Assembly (NCBI GenBank): GCA_963778605.1
Contig: CAVZVF010000001.1
Span: forward strand, 448,995-512,994
Direction of reading: 5' to 3'
Source: an uncultured Bacteroidales bacterium
Lineage (GTDB): Bacteria; Bacteroidota; Bacteroidia; Bacteroidales; VadinHA17
Length of the DNA: 64,000 bases
Shown piece after piece: positions 53,171-64,000 of this stretch. Below the pieces are notes generated by a model, which did no database searches, was not told where the DNA came from, and saw only the letters and a program-made list of their open reading frames with translations. The number at the start of each line of letters is the position of its first letter. Within the stretch, counting starts at the first letter, position 1. Both the position numbers and the translations under genes were made by a program.

Positions 53171-54580
53171 ATGAAGAAATCAATAACATTTTTAAATCTT
53201 ATTTTTTTGGTTACATGCATGTTATTATCCAAAACCACGGAGGCAGCCAACCTGATAAAAAACCCCGGCTTCGAGGCTTCGGCAGTAATTCCACTGGATT
53301 GGACCATTACAGGGCCGGTAAAAAGCATGATGCCGGTAACCGTTATTGACAGCCACAGACACTTCAAAGGTCTCTACGGACTCAGAATGGAGAGCAATAA
53401 CCCGAATTGTCATGGAAGGGCAGTTCAAACCATTGAAATCACAGGAGGTGAAACATACCTTTTCAACGGCATGTTCAGAACAGAGAATGTCAGGTCGGTA
53501 GATAAATCTGTTCTGATAAAGATAAAATGGTTTAATGATAAAAAACAACAGCTTGGTTACAATTATATTTACAAAATAAGTGGTGAATTAAAAGGCTGGT
53601 ATTTGACTTCAGATAAAATAATGGCCATCAGGGGTGCTACCAGCGCAGAATATATCCCTGGAATTCCGCTGGGGTACAGGAACTGTCTGGTGGGACGATA
53701 TTTCTCTTGAAAAATGCCCTGAAGAGCCGGCCCGTAATGTTAAAGTTGGCACTATCTATTTCCGGCCTCCCGGTAAAACAGTGGAAGATAACATCAGTTT
53801 GATGGGTGAACTTTTGGACCAGGCAGGAAATCAGGATGTCAGATCATCTGTCTTCCTGAAGGCTGGGCCACCTGCAATACTGGTCTGGGGATGACAAAAG
53901 TGGAGGCCAACACTCTTGATGGCAGTGCCTCAGTTATGATGGCCCAAAAAGCAAAACAGTATGGAATGTATATTGTATCAGGTTTATATAACTGGACTGG
54001 AGATACATTGTATAATGTGGCAGCTCTTTATGACCGTCAGGGTAAAATTCAGGGAATTTATAAAAAAGTACAATTGCCCGATTCAGAAGCTGAGCAGGGT
54101 GCTGTTCCGGGAAACTCATTGCCGGTCTTTACAACAGATTTCGGAAGGATCGGGATGCTAATATGTTGGGACAGCTTCTTCCCCGAAGTGTCCAGACTGC
54201 TTGCGCTGAACGGAGCTGAAATATTATTCTGTCCTATTTGGGGTGATGTCCGAGGTGCCGATTCATGGAAAATTACAGCCAGAAGCCGTGCGATGGATAA
54301 TGGTGTTTATTTTGTAACCTCAATATTTGACGGAAACAGCCTGATTGTAAATCCGGCCGGAGATGTTCTTCAGGAAAGTGGTACTCAGGGCACACTACTC
54401 ACGGCCACAATTGACCTGAATTATAATCCTCCCTGGGACTGGCTCGGAGGAGCAGGGCGTGGTGTGTGGAAAGTAATATGGCGCAAGGATCGCAGATCAG
54501 ACATCTTTGGCAGTCTGGGGAATTACTCTGCTTCCCCGGTGTCAGCGTCTGGTCAGACCAGCGGTGAAGTTAAAAAGTAG
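53171..54580 (+). pseudogene. Secreted fusion of a CBM4/9-like domain and a carbon-nitrogen hydrolase (nitrilase superfamily), frameshifted as sequenced
   Basis: Pieces are 53171..53710, 53634..53894 and 53891..54580. Signal peptide, then NLIKNPGFE (the start of a CBM_4_9-type domain). The CN-hydrolase part has KK.QLP, a catalytic Cys in GMLICWDSFFPE, and ARA.DNG.Y. Breaks are near 53660 and 53885. Confidence 0.7.
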
Positions 54581-54659
54581 TGGGATAATCTAGAAGTCTG
54601 ATAAGCAAATTATGGGATAGAATAAAACAGTTTTTACATTATATAAAACAATAATTATT

Positions 54660-55801
54660 ATGATTGACAGGAGAAAATTTATAAAACAGACAGGTATGGG
54701 AGCAGCAGCGATTTCAATAGCCGGTTTAACAGGATGCGGATCAGAAAAGTCAGGATCAGGAGGATGACAGGAGGACGCGTAATAGACGCTCATATACATC
54801 TTACACCGGGTAAGGTGAAGAATGCACTTCAGGTTATGGATGATAACAGTATCCGTTATGCAGTGTTAATTGCTTCCATTTCGGGAAGTCACCGGATCTT
54901 TATGTAGGTGATAAAGCTTTTTACGAAATTATCGATGCGATCAAACCATATAAAAACCGTTTGGGTCTTCATTATACATATGACTGGTCATTGGCGGAAA
55001 CTGATCCTGACTTTTTCAGCAAAGCCCCGGATATGCTTGAAAAGGCAGTTAATGCAGGTGCCATTGCCATTAAAAAACCTAAAACAACTGGGACTTGTTG
55101 CCCGGGATCATGAAGGAAAGCTTATAGCAATAGACGATCCCCGTCTGTTTCCAATATGGGAAAGGGCAGAAAAACTCAGCATTCCGGTGGCATTCCATAC
55201 GGGTGATCCGGTGGCCTTTTTTAAACCATGGGATCCGGATAATGAACGGTGGGATGAATTAAAATTGCATCCGGAATGGTCATTCTCCGACAACACTAAA
55301 TACCCTCCCCTTAAAACTCTTTTTGCTCAGGCAATAAATGTATACAAAAAGTTCCCTAACATTCAGTTTGTTAGTGTACATGTTGGAGGTTACTCTGAAA
55401 ACATTCAGCAAGTTGGAAAATGGCTGGACGAAATACCTAACCTGTCGGTCGATACTGCTGCGCGAATAGGTGAACTTGGTAAACACCCTGCAGATGAAGG
55501 ACATGACTTTTTTACCAAATATCAGGACAGGATAATGTTCGGAACTGATATGGCTTACTGGGAGGGATGTGATGTACAGGGGGCGGGACCATGTAAAGAT
55601 TTCAGCCTTGAAGAAATCAAGAATTTTTACAATGTACATTGGCGTTATTTTCAGACACGTGATAAACAGTTTGATCATCCTACCCCAATTCAGGGAAACT
55701 GGAAAATTGACGGAATAGGTTTGCAGAAAGAAGCTCTTAAGAAAATTTACTGGGACAATGCTTACAGGTTTTATAAACTTGAGAGGTTTGGTGTGGCTTA
55801 A
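54660..55801 (+). pseudogene. TAT-signal lipoprotein amidohydrolase (Amidohydro_2-like metal hydrolase), frameshifted as sequenced
   Basis: The ATG at 54660 gives MIDRRKFIKQTGMGAAAISIAGLTGC (twin-arginine signal plus lipobox). Next comes VIDAHIHL in another frame, then ORF 54908..55801 with PVAFHTGDP, VHVGG and FGTDM. There are at least 3 breaks between 54760 and 55100. Confidence 0.65.
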
Positions 55802-56482
55802 CAGGTCACAACTCTCAGAGTCAACCTGTTGCTGAATCAATTAAGTCTTTTGTTGGAGATAAGTCACCTCTCCTTAAGTTCGCCATGAATTGTCAGACAG
55901 TTTTGTATTTCACAATCAGGTTCTATATGATAAGCAATCTGAAGTGGTCCTCTCTGGTTTTCGCCTATGTTTTAAGGAGCCATCCGAGGATCTCTGAACG
56001 TGCGCCCCCATCAGAATTTCCATCGGCAGTGCCAGGTTTATTTCAAAATATGTCATGAAAGTTTGGTAATTACCTTAAAATGTTTTCCGACTTTATGGCC
56101 TGTCAATGCGTTGTAAAGAATGAAGAAGTAACCCGGGATAACTGTAATCTAAGCATGAGCTTCGACGCCGGAGGCGTCAAATTCCAATATCCACAGTCAC
56201 GCCTGTTTAAACTAATCTTCCCATATTTTTTAAGGGGTCCGGGCGTTAATAAATAGCTCCCGATAAATAGGGACAGGCTCGGCGGGCTATTTTAGCGAGG
56301 CGCCAGTTTGCAGGATAGGGAACAGGGGATGGGTAAAAAAATTTTGGGTAAGTATGAAATATAATTTTTAAGATCATTTTAGAAGTATGGTTAGATTTTA
56401 TTATTGAAAACCGATGGTCATTTAATAAAAAAATGAGCCTGGAGTTTTATTTCACTTTTCTTTATACTTATCAGGTTTTTCC

Positions 56483-56490
56483 TAAATTTG
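56483..56490 (+). promoter_or_regulatory. Candidate -7 box (TAaaTTTG) for the beta-helix gene
   Basis: taaatttg lies 60 nt upstream of the ATG at 56550. This is a motif match only. Confidence 0.3.
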
Positions 56491-56549
56491 GACTGATTAT
56501 AAATGAGATATTAAATAAGTTTCTATAACTATCAAAGGAGGTATAAACA

Positions 56550-57826
56550 ATGAAAAAAAAATCAAGTGGCATAATAAGCCTGATCTTATTCGGTCTGGCA
56601 GTAAGTTCAAGTATTTATTGTCAGGACATTGGTTTAGTTGACATAAAGCGTGCTGAAGAGATAATCACTGTGGGTGGTCCCGATGCCGATGTTTCAGGAT
56701 TTACTTCAGGAGCAATCCAGATTGCCCTTGATGCTGTTAAAACAAGAGGAGGGGGTGTTGTAAAGCTTAATCCGGGGTTATATAATATCATAGGACCTGT
56801 CCGTCTTTCTGACAATATATCATTGATCGGATCGGGCAAATCAACAATATTAAAGAAATGTGACGGATTTAAGACCAGTTTTATTATTGATGCAGACTGG
56901 GGAATGTTAAAAGCCACGGTAAAAGATGCAAGTGGTTTCAAAAAGGGAATGGGCATCCAATTATTTGATGATAAGCATGACCAGGGATGGGATGTTACAA
57001 CAGCCATTATAACTGATATTAAGGACAATGTTATCTATTTCGACAATAATACCAATTATGATTATCTCGCTTCACTGAACGGGACGGTAAATAACGGATG
57101 CTCTATTATTGAAGCCGTTGGTGTGAATAATGTTAAAATTGCTGATCTGGTTATTGATGGCAATAAAAGCAAAAACGACTATATAAATGGATGCAGTGGA
57201 GGTGGGGTATATATCCACAAATCAAAAAACTGCCTTGTGGAGAATGTTCTTATAAATGAGTTCAACGGAGATACATTCAGCTGGCAGATAACCGAAAATA
57301 TTACTGTCCGAAACTGTGAGGCTGCGAACGGTAATGGTCTCGGATTTCATCCGGGGACCGGTTCCGACCATTCAATAGTTGAAAATTGCATCAGTCATAA
57401 TAACAAGGGGGATGGAATCTTTTTATGCTGGAGAGTGCAAAACGGAATATTCAAAAATAATACAATATTTGCCAATGGAGATAACGGGATTTCAATAGGC
57501 CATAAGGATACTGATAATGTTTTTGAAAACAATCGTGTTTACGAAAATGCAAACCAGGGTGTTCTTTTCCGTAATGAAAATGAACAAAACAGTGGTCACC
57601 GTAATACATTTACCGGTAATGTTATTGAAAACAACGGAGTAAAAAAGAGTCAAGTGGTTTTTACATCGGTGGTGAAACTCATGATATTATTATAACTAAT
57701 AATACTATAAGATCCACAGGTAAAGGGAACCAATCAATCGCAATATTTGTTGGAAAGAAATCATCTAAAGTAACTGCAAAAAGCAATAATATAACAGGTT
57801 CCAAAGAGATTGTTTATGAAAAATAA
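56550..57826 (+). pseudogene. Secreted right-handed parallel beta-helix repeat protein (pectate-lyase/NosD-like fold), frameshifted near the 3' end
   Basis: Signal peptide and repeated N.....N / G....H beta-helix turns (NCEAANGNGLGFH, NCISHNNKGDGIF, NNTIFANGDNGISIG, NNRVYENANQGVLF). The C-terminus continues in another frame (GFYIGGETHDIIITNNTIRSTGKGNQSIAIFVG...*) to 57826. The break is near 57650. AGGAGG sits 8 nt upstream of the ATG. Confidence 0.7.
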
Positions 57827-57913
57827 CCCTATCGCCTAACCTGTTTTGTTTGTTACCACGTAAGATTTTTGTGCCAGCTCAGAATGATCCGTAAAATCTG
57901 GAGAATTTAATTT

Positions 57914-60349
57914 ATGAAAAAGCGCTACAATCTGGTTCATGTTATTTGCAAATGCCTTTGGTTAGCTCCGTTTATATTCTGTCTTCAAATCAATGGTCAA
58001 TCATCCATGGGTGCATCCGGAGAGTTACAGGAAAGAAGTACCACAGTGACAATATCCAATGCCGGATGGACAATACTTGCTGATGGGAAAAATGGAGTAA
58101 TTACCCTGTCACATGACAGTTTAGGAACCGTGCTTGAGTATTTACATCTTAATGTCAGGACTTCCGGGGGGTTGGTTTCCCTGAAGGGATGGTCAGTTGA
58201 AAAAAAAGGGGAACGACAGGTTTCAGTTCGGACGGTTCAGCCAGCTACTTCATGGATTTTCAGTCTGGATCAAAACAGTTTTACAGTATCGTGTACTTCG
58301 GCGGAAATGGTAATCACAGCTGTAGCACCTGCATCGATCGATCGAGTTGTTGCCCGGTTACAGGATCCCTTCGGAATACCTGTTAGCTGGGTGGGGACTA
58401 CGGAAAATGTAAATTCTTTTGGAGGAAGTGAAACAAGAAACCCTTCCTTCCTTCCCGCTAAAAATCCGGAAGTTATGACCTTTGCTCTCGGTCAGGTTTC
58501 GGCTTCAAACCTTCACAGTCTGTTCGACCGTAAAAACGACTATGCAATTATTTTTTCGGAAGAAACAAGGATGGAACGGATTAAAAATCAACCTGATATA
58601 CTCAGTATCACTATGCCGGTACCTGGAAATGCCATAGTACGTCTGATACCCGGCTACTTCACCAGAACACTTGGTCTTCCCATTTATTCCCGCTTTGACG
58701 ATTCGGTATTTCCAACAGCTCCCATGCTATGGTGCAGTTGGACCGCTTACTATCAGTACGCACATGAAAACGACATAGTCAGCAATACTGACTGGCTGGC
58801 AGCCAACCTTAAACCTTACGGCTTTCAATATGTTCAGATCGATGATGGTTATGACAATGGCGAAGAAGGTATGAAGCATTTCTGGATTACGAACTGGGAT
58901 AAACGTGGATTTTATCCTAAAGGACCTGAATGGATAGCCGGTTATATAAAGTCAAAAGGCTTGCGTCCCGGCTTGTGGCTTGTACCTAATTCCTATGCCG
59001 GAGCAGTAGAACTGCATCCCGACTGGTATTTGCGTGATAAATCAGGCAAGCTTATACTGGACTATTCGACGCCGGCACTTGATTGCACAAACCCAGGAGT
59101 ACAGGAGTGGCTTAAAACGTTGTTCACAACTTTAAGAAGCTGGGGTTTCGAATACTACAAGTTTGATGGGGAATTCTCACTTCCCACTTATGCTCCGAAG
59201 GTTGACAAAACTAAAATTTATGATAAATCAGCAGATCCTATTGTCTCTTACCGGAACCGTCTGAAACTGATCCGCGATGTTGTTGGTAATAAAACATTTA
59301 TAGAGGGTTGCGCTGCCGGAACTCCGCTGGATGGGGTAGGGTACTTTAATTCTACTTTCGCTGGTGATGATGTTTACAACAGCTGGCAGGGTTCTTACGC
59401 GCTGTTCAGTTCCATAAACGCCAATGCATTCCTTAATCATATGGTAATTTACCTAATGCCGGGTGAAGGTATTGATGTATCACCCCATATGAGTGCAGAT
59501 GAAGCCAGAGAGAAAATGGTACCAAGAGTTATTGAAGTCGCTAAATCGCGGGAAAATCCTCTTGCTGGATTTGGTGTCACCGCTGCTGAAGCCCGGACAC
59601 TTGTCACATACCTGTCCCTTACGGGTGTTGTTTATCCGTTAGCCGGCATTATGCCGGGTTTACCTGAAGAACGGACCAGATTGCTGAAAATGACCATGCC
59701 AACGATGCCTATACTCCCAGTTGACCTATATAGCCGCGGGACCGATATGAACTGGAGTAAGTTTAAGGTCACAACTCCCGATACTTACATCCACAACTAT
59801 CCTGAAATACTGGATCTTAAAGTGAATTCCAGTTCTGGGATTTATGATGTTGTGGGGTTGACTAACTGGCGGAGCGGAAAAGCAATAAGAAAATTTTCAT
59901 TCTCAGATAAACTCGGACTCAAAGCAACAAGTCAATATATTGTTTTTGATTTCTGGGGACAGAAACTCCTGGGAGTTTTCAATGACAGCATGGAAATTGA
60001 TATAGATGCTCATGACACTCGCGTTTTATTGATACACCCAAAGCTGGACAGACCGCAGTTAGTTGGAACCTCCAGGCACATCACAGGTGCCTGGTCCATC
60101 CTCGACCTAGGGTGGGACACCACAAAATTTATTCTGTCTGGCACTTCTGAAACTGTGTCCGGTGATACTTACACACTTTTTATTTATGTACCTCGTGAAG
60201 TTATTATTTCAGGGGCAAAGGCAATGACAGAGAAAAATTTTTCTGTACCGGTGAAAAATGAGCTGACAGGAAATTTGCTAAAGCTCAGCTTTCAGGGACA
60301 ATCAGAAAAAGTAAGATGGCAAGTCCAGTTCAAACCGGTTCTCAGGTAG
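57914..60349 (+). CDS. Secreted glycoside hydrolase with an alpha-galactosidase-like (clan GH-D, GH27/36-type) TIM-barrel core
   Basis: 811-aa intact ORF with a signal peptide. The core shows CSWTAYY....E......A..LKPYGF.YVQIDDGY and WGFEYYKFDG, which resemble melibiase-type catalytic motifs. I have not established the family number. Confidence 0.5.
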   Translation: MKKRYNLVHVICKCLWLAPFIFCLQINGQSSMGASGELQERSTTVTISNAGWTILADGKNGVITLSHDSLGTVLEYLHLNVRTSGGLVSLKGWSVEKKGERQVSVRTVQPATSWIFSLDQNSFTVSCTSAEMVITAVAPASIDRVVARLQDPFGIPVSWVGTTENVNSFGGSETRNPSFLPAKNPEVMTFALGQVSASNLHSLFDRKNDYAIIFSEETRMERIKNQPDILSITMPVPGNAIVRLIPGYFTRTLGLPIYSRFDDSVFPTAPMLWCSWTAYYQYAHENDIVSNTDWLAANLKPYGFQYVQIDDGYDNGEEGMKHFWITNWDKRGFYPKGPEWIAGYIKSKGLRPGLWLVPNSYAGAVELHPDWYLRDKSGKLILDYSTPALDCTNPGVQEWLKTLFTTLRSWGFEYYKFDGEFSLPTYAPKVDKTKIYDKSADPIVSYRNRLKLIRDVVGNKTFIEGCAAGTPLDGVGYFNSTFAGDDVYNSWQGSYALFSSINANAFLNHMVIYLMPGEGIDVSPHMSADEAREKMVPRVIEVAKSRENPLAGFGVTAAEARTLVTYLSLTGVVYPLAGIMPGLPEERTRLLKMTMPTMPILPVDLYSRGTDMNWSKFKVTTPDTYIHNYPEILDLKVNSSSGIYDVVGLTNWRSGKAIRKFSFSDKLGLKATSQYIVFDFWGQKLLGVFNDSMEIDIDAHDTRVLLIHPKLDRPQLVGTSRHITGAWSILDLGWDTTKFILSGTSETVSGDTYTLFIYVPREVIISGAKAMTEKNFSVPVKNELTGNLLKLSFQGQSEKVRWQVQFKPVLR

Positions 60350-60416
60350 CCATTTTAAGTAATAACGACTTCCCGGAAAGAACAAATAATTCCGCTTTCT
60401 TTTTTATCTATTCTTT

Positions 60417-61671
60417 TTACTTAATATCAAATAGTCTGCAAATGTGTCTGTTATAGACATTATCATATACACACTTTGCAACAGTCTCCTCATGCTTCTC
60501 AAGAAGTCCGTAGTATTCTTTCATCCTTAAAGCGGCTAGTTTATACGCTACATGTATTAAGCTGTCTCATATTGGGATTGTAATCTTTATTTCCCGGAAC
60601 ATGTCTTAATGAATCTGCAAATTTTTTGCCATCCCATTTTGAAACCTCCTCTTTTGAAGGAAGTAATGAGACATTTATATCAATAACATCAGCATAAGGA
60701 GCACATAACTCTTCAATTTTTTCAAGAGATTTTATATAAATATCTTTTACAAAGACAAGCGCTTCACCACCGGATTCAGCGAGCCCGATAACTTCTTCAA
60801 GCCATGTGGTACCTGCGGTTTTCAGATGAATACCCTTATTATGTTTCTTAATTATTGATCCGATATACGGATAAATTGCAAATTTGTCAGAACCTGAATG
60901 TATGCTCATCTTAAGGTTTACAGGCAGGTTAAACTCCTTTATGGCAAAGTCAATTACCATAAGATCAGATTCAAATTCTTCAGCAAACTTAAGAGGATCA
61001 CCAACATAATCCACTCCTTTATTGAATCGTCCTGAAAATTTTGGAGCTATTGTCTGAACCGGAATTTTTTCAGATGCCAGCATCCTGAGAATAAAGAAGA
61101 GTTCAACGGGAGTTTGAGGATCCGGGACCTCATCCATAGACACTTCAGTTACAAAGTTTTCTTTCCCTTTTGTATTCTCGATCTTATTGTATATTTCACG
61201 GGCTTTTATTGCCGCAAAAAGGTACTTTTCAGCGATTTGTTCTACCTGAGTTTCTGTAGTTTTAAATGATAGACCAGTTCCCGGAATATTAAGTGTGCCA
61301 ATGTATTTTTTTGCACCTGCCAGAAAATCATCTATATCTTTCTTTTCTGCTTTCTTTCCGATATATGAGGCAACATCAATTGTGAAAAAATCAGAGCTCC
61401 CGATGAATCTGTCAACTGTATCGAGATTAATATGATCAGCATCAACGAAATATGGCTTTTTAAAACCACTTTTCACTGTAACAGTATCAGCCTCAATCCT
61501 TACATCCCCGGGTTGAGTACCTATGGTATTATGTTCCCTGTTTGATTTGTTCCATACAGGAACAATATCGACTCCCTTTTCCCCGGCTTTAATAATTGCT
61601 TTAAGCTGCGCGGAACCCTGGTGACCAAATCTGTCGCCAAGACCAAAAGAATATTTTCCAATTGTTTTCAT
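60417..61671 (-). pseudogene. uxaE: Tagaturonate/fructuronate epimerase UxaE-family protein, frameshifted near the 3' end
   Basis: ORF 60541..61671 begins MKTIGKYSFGLGDRFGHQG.AQL.A......G.D..PVWNKSNREH..IG..P......A......G..KPYF.DADHINL.TVDRF. The C-terminus is recovered in another frame (QLIHVAYKLAALRMKEYYGLLEKHEETVAKCVYDNVYNRHICRLFDIK*) and ends at 60417. Confidence 0.7.
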
Positions 61672-61693
61672 AATTTCTATTATTGATTATATT

Positions 61694-62759
61694 TTAATTC
61701 TGTTTAAGAAAGAAATTTACATTTTCAGAAGTGATAACATCAACCGGAAGATATTCAATCTTTTCCGGTATCCTGTTAAGGGATAAAAACTCAAAAAGTT
61801 TCTTTATGCCTTTATACGTCTGTTCCTCAGGGCGTTGCCCTATCAAAAATTTAATTATGCCCGATTTAAGATATATAACATTTTTTTCCAGAAGATCATA
61901 TCCGATAAGATTAACAGATTTAATTCCTTCTGTTTCGAGATATTCGGCTATTCGGAATGATTTTGAGCCGGTTATAAAGATTGAACCGATATCAGGGTTT
62001 TTAAAGAAAGCTTTGTCAACTTCCTGCCTGATTATTTCAAAGTCCATATCCGGAATATTCAGAGTAATTTTTTCGCCGCTGTTTCTGCCCGATGAAAGAA
62101 AGTAGCTTAGAAAACCCTGGGTTCTTTTGTTAAGGTGGTGAATATTCTGAAGGTTTCTGGCAATGTTAACAACAAGAATATTTTTTTCTTTGGGTGTGAC
62201 CATATCGACCAACTGGCCGGCTACTCTTCCACTCTGAAATATATCTTCTCCGGTATACGAAAGAAAATCTGTTTCTTTGATAAAACCGTCTATAAAAACA
62301 AATGGTATATGTTCTCTTGTCAGTTTATTGCAGAAAGCTAATTGATTCAGCTTTGAATATTGGAGCCAGAATCACTCCATCGGGATGAAAATTCAACACT
62401 TCCCTGGTTTTTTTCTGAAATTCATTTTCACACTGAATGTCAAAGGTGAACTGATCAAGCGTTACAGGAAAAGGATCAAGTTCTGTCATTGCCCTTATTA
62501 TTCCCTGTGGATGTTTGTTCCAGAAAGCATTTTCCTCAGTGGGTTCAGGAAGTAATGATAATAGTCTGAAACTCCTCATTGTCTTAAGGGCCTGGGCCAT
62601 ATAATTTGGAGAATAATCAAGGTCCTTCGTTATTTGAAGGACCCTGGTTTTTGTTTTTTCGGCTACTTCTCCTCTCTCATGCAAAACCCTGTCGACAGTA
62701 CCAATTGATACACCAGCCATTAGGGCAATATCTTTAATTCTTGCTTTTTTTGGAGGCAT
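61694..62759 (-). pseudogene. LacI-family transcriptional regulator, frameshifted as sequenced
   Basis: ORF 62325..62759 carries the HTH (IKDIA..AGVS.GTVDRVL........T..RV......L.Y.PN..A..L). ORF 61694..62212 is the sugar-binding C-terminal half. The break is near 62330. Confidence 0.8.
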
Positions 62760-62778
62760 ATTATACTATGGTGTGAGA

Positions 62779-64000
62779 TTACTCAATTATTACCTTTTTA
62801 ACTTTAGGTGCAAATACGTTCATGATTATCCATGCAAGAATATAAGCACAGCCTGCAATTGAAAACATAATGGTATATCCTGTTTCAATATGACCTGCCT
62901 TTTTGAAGAATTCAAGAAGGTTTCCGGCAAGAATTGATATAAATACACCCCCAAGGGCACCGGCCATTCCTCCGATACCTGTAACGGAGCTGACTGCCCG
63001 TTTAGGGAAAGCATCTGATACCGTGGTGAAAATATTTGCTGACCACGCCTGATGTGATGAAGCAGCCAGGCTAATAAGACCAACAGCACCCCAGGTACTT
63101 ACACCGGCTGATTGAGCGAAGAAAACCGGCATTACAAGAATTGCAAAAATTAACATTGTATATTTTCTTGCATTAAACGGGGAGACTCCTTTTTTTATCA
63201 TATATGATGAAAGCCATCCGCCAAAGATACTTCCGACGGTAGTTGATGTATAAATTACTACGAGCGGAATTCCGAAAGATTTAATATTAAGGCCGGTACC
63301 TCTAACCTCTGAAAGCCAGCCAGGTATCCAGAAAAGATAGAACCACCATATCGGATCTGTCATTGCTTTACCGATAAAGAATATCCATGTCTGACGGAAT
63401 TTCAAAAGTTTAACCCAGGGAATCGGTTTAGGATTCTCCTCGGCCTCATCAATATCGCTTTTAATATACTCCAGTTCCTTTTCCGAGAGTTTTCTCTGTT
63501 TTTCAGGTATCTCATAATAGATAAACCATAAGATCATCCATATGAATCCTATTGCCCCGGTAATTATAAATGCAGCCTGCCATCCCCACGCAAGTGCTAT
63601 TGCCGGAACTGCAATTGGTGCAACAATTGCCCCCACATTTGTTCCGGAATTAAAAATACCGGTAGCCAAAGCCCTTTCTTTTTTGGGGAACCATTCGGCA
63701 ACTGTCTTTATTGCTGCCGGGAAGTTACCTGATTCACTCATACCTAAGAGGGCTCTCCAGAAGCCGAATCCAATTCCCCCTTTTGCAAATGCGTGGCCCA
63801 TTGCCGCTAAGCTCCAGAAAAGTACCGATACTCCATAACCGATTTTTGTTCCGAATTTGTCAATCAAACGACCGGCGATTACCATTCCAAAGGCATAGAA
63901 CAGCTGAAAAGCCGTAATAATATATCCGTATTCTGCTTCTCCGATATTAAGATCAGTTTCAAGTAATGGCTTAAGTATTCCGATTACCTGCCTGTCGAGA
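62779..64000 (-). CDS. exuT: MFS transporter, hexuronate (ExuT)-like; the 5' end runs off the window
   Basis: The frame stays open upstream of the track's Met at 63885 up to base 64000 (..RQVIGILKPLLETDLNIGEAEYGYIITAFQLFYAFGMVIAGRLIDKFG). The motif LGMSESGNFPAAIKTVAEWFPKKERALATGIFNSGTNVGAI is typical of ExuT-type ACS-family MFS transporters. Confidence 0.75.
   Translation of the reverse strand, partial: LDRQVIGILKPLLETDLNIGEAEYGYIITAFQLFYAFGMVIAGRLIDKFGTKIGYGVSVLFWSLAAMGHAFAKGGIGFGFWRALLGMSESGNFPAAIKTVAEWFPKKERALATGIFNSGTNVGAIVAPIAVPAIALAWGWQAAFIITGAIGFIWMILWFIYYEIPEKQRKLSEKELEYIKSDIDEAEENPKPIPWVKLLKFRQTWIFFIGKAMTDPIWWFYLFWIPGWLSEVRGTGLNIKSFGIPLVVIYTSTTVGSIFGGWLSSYMIKKGVSPFNARKYTMLIFAILVMPVFFAQSAGVSTWGAVGLISLAASSHQAWSANIFTTVSDAFPKRAVSSVTGIGGMAGALGGVFISILAGNLLEFFKKAGHIETGYTIMFSIAGCAYILAWIIMNVFAPKVKKVIIE

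Noticed and set aside
55802-56549. A 750-bp gene-free gap. It has protein-like minus-strand snippets (e.g. IPGYFFILYNALTGHKVGKHFKVITKLS, QIAYHIEPDCEIQNCLTIHGELKER) that might be a dead transposase, or the region might encode an ncRNA.
   Set aside because: There is no continuous frame and no motif I can assign. I saw no tRNA, RNase P, SRP, tmRNA or riboswitch signature. Only the repeat-family copy at 56254-56282 is supportable.

Overview
This is a 64-kb chromosomal window of low GC (about 38-40% by eye). Three things suggest an anaerobic Bacteroidota/FCB-group bacterium, as inference only. Start codons almost never have a Shine-Dalgarno sequence. TAnnTTTG-type -7 boxes sit upstream of several genes. 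Families such as DUF3127, DUF5107 and LVIVD-repeat proteins are present.

I can support about 50 protein genes, in this order:
- a secreted beta-propeller/phosphoesterase (runs off the left edge)
- two PPIases and mnmD
- a CzcA-TolC-MFP heavy-metal RND efflux operon
- a PAS-rich hybrid histidine kinase
- transketolase
- decayed NiFe-hydrogenase maturation remnants
- a NuoE-like/NuoF-like/HydA [FeFe]-hydrogenase operon
- an SNF2 helicase divergent from dinB
- metA
- a DUF2061-cysH-cysD-cysN-cysE sulfate assimilation operon
- mqnA, purB and an MsbA-like ABC exporter
- a 20-kb block of secreted or periplasmic hydrolases: GH35, ceramidase-like, DUF5107-TPR, CBM-nitrilase, TAT-amidohydrolase, beta-helix and alpha-galactosidase-like proteins
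- uxaE, a LacI regulator and an ExuT-like MFS transporter (runs off the right edge)

I found no rRNA, tRNA, CRISPR array, intact IS or recognisable defence system.

Notable observations:
1. At least 30 reading-frame breaks are clustered in blocks. This is most likely assembly indel error, and it limits every functional claim.
2. An internally deleted IS200/RAYT-type Y1 transposase remnant is surrounded by mini-hairpins.
3. A GC-rich nested-palindrome repeat family with the core TTTGCCCCGACC / GAGCCTGCCCCGA occurs at 5-6 intergenic loci.
4. Degenerate 7-9 nt tandem arrays begin right after stop codons and fill the cys operon spacers.
5. HydA has TSCSPGW in place of the canonical TSCCPxW motif.

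All product calls come from my own reading of the translated ORFs. No database search was run.
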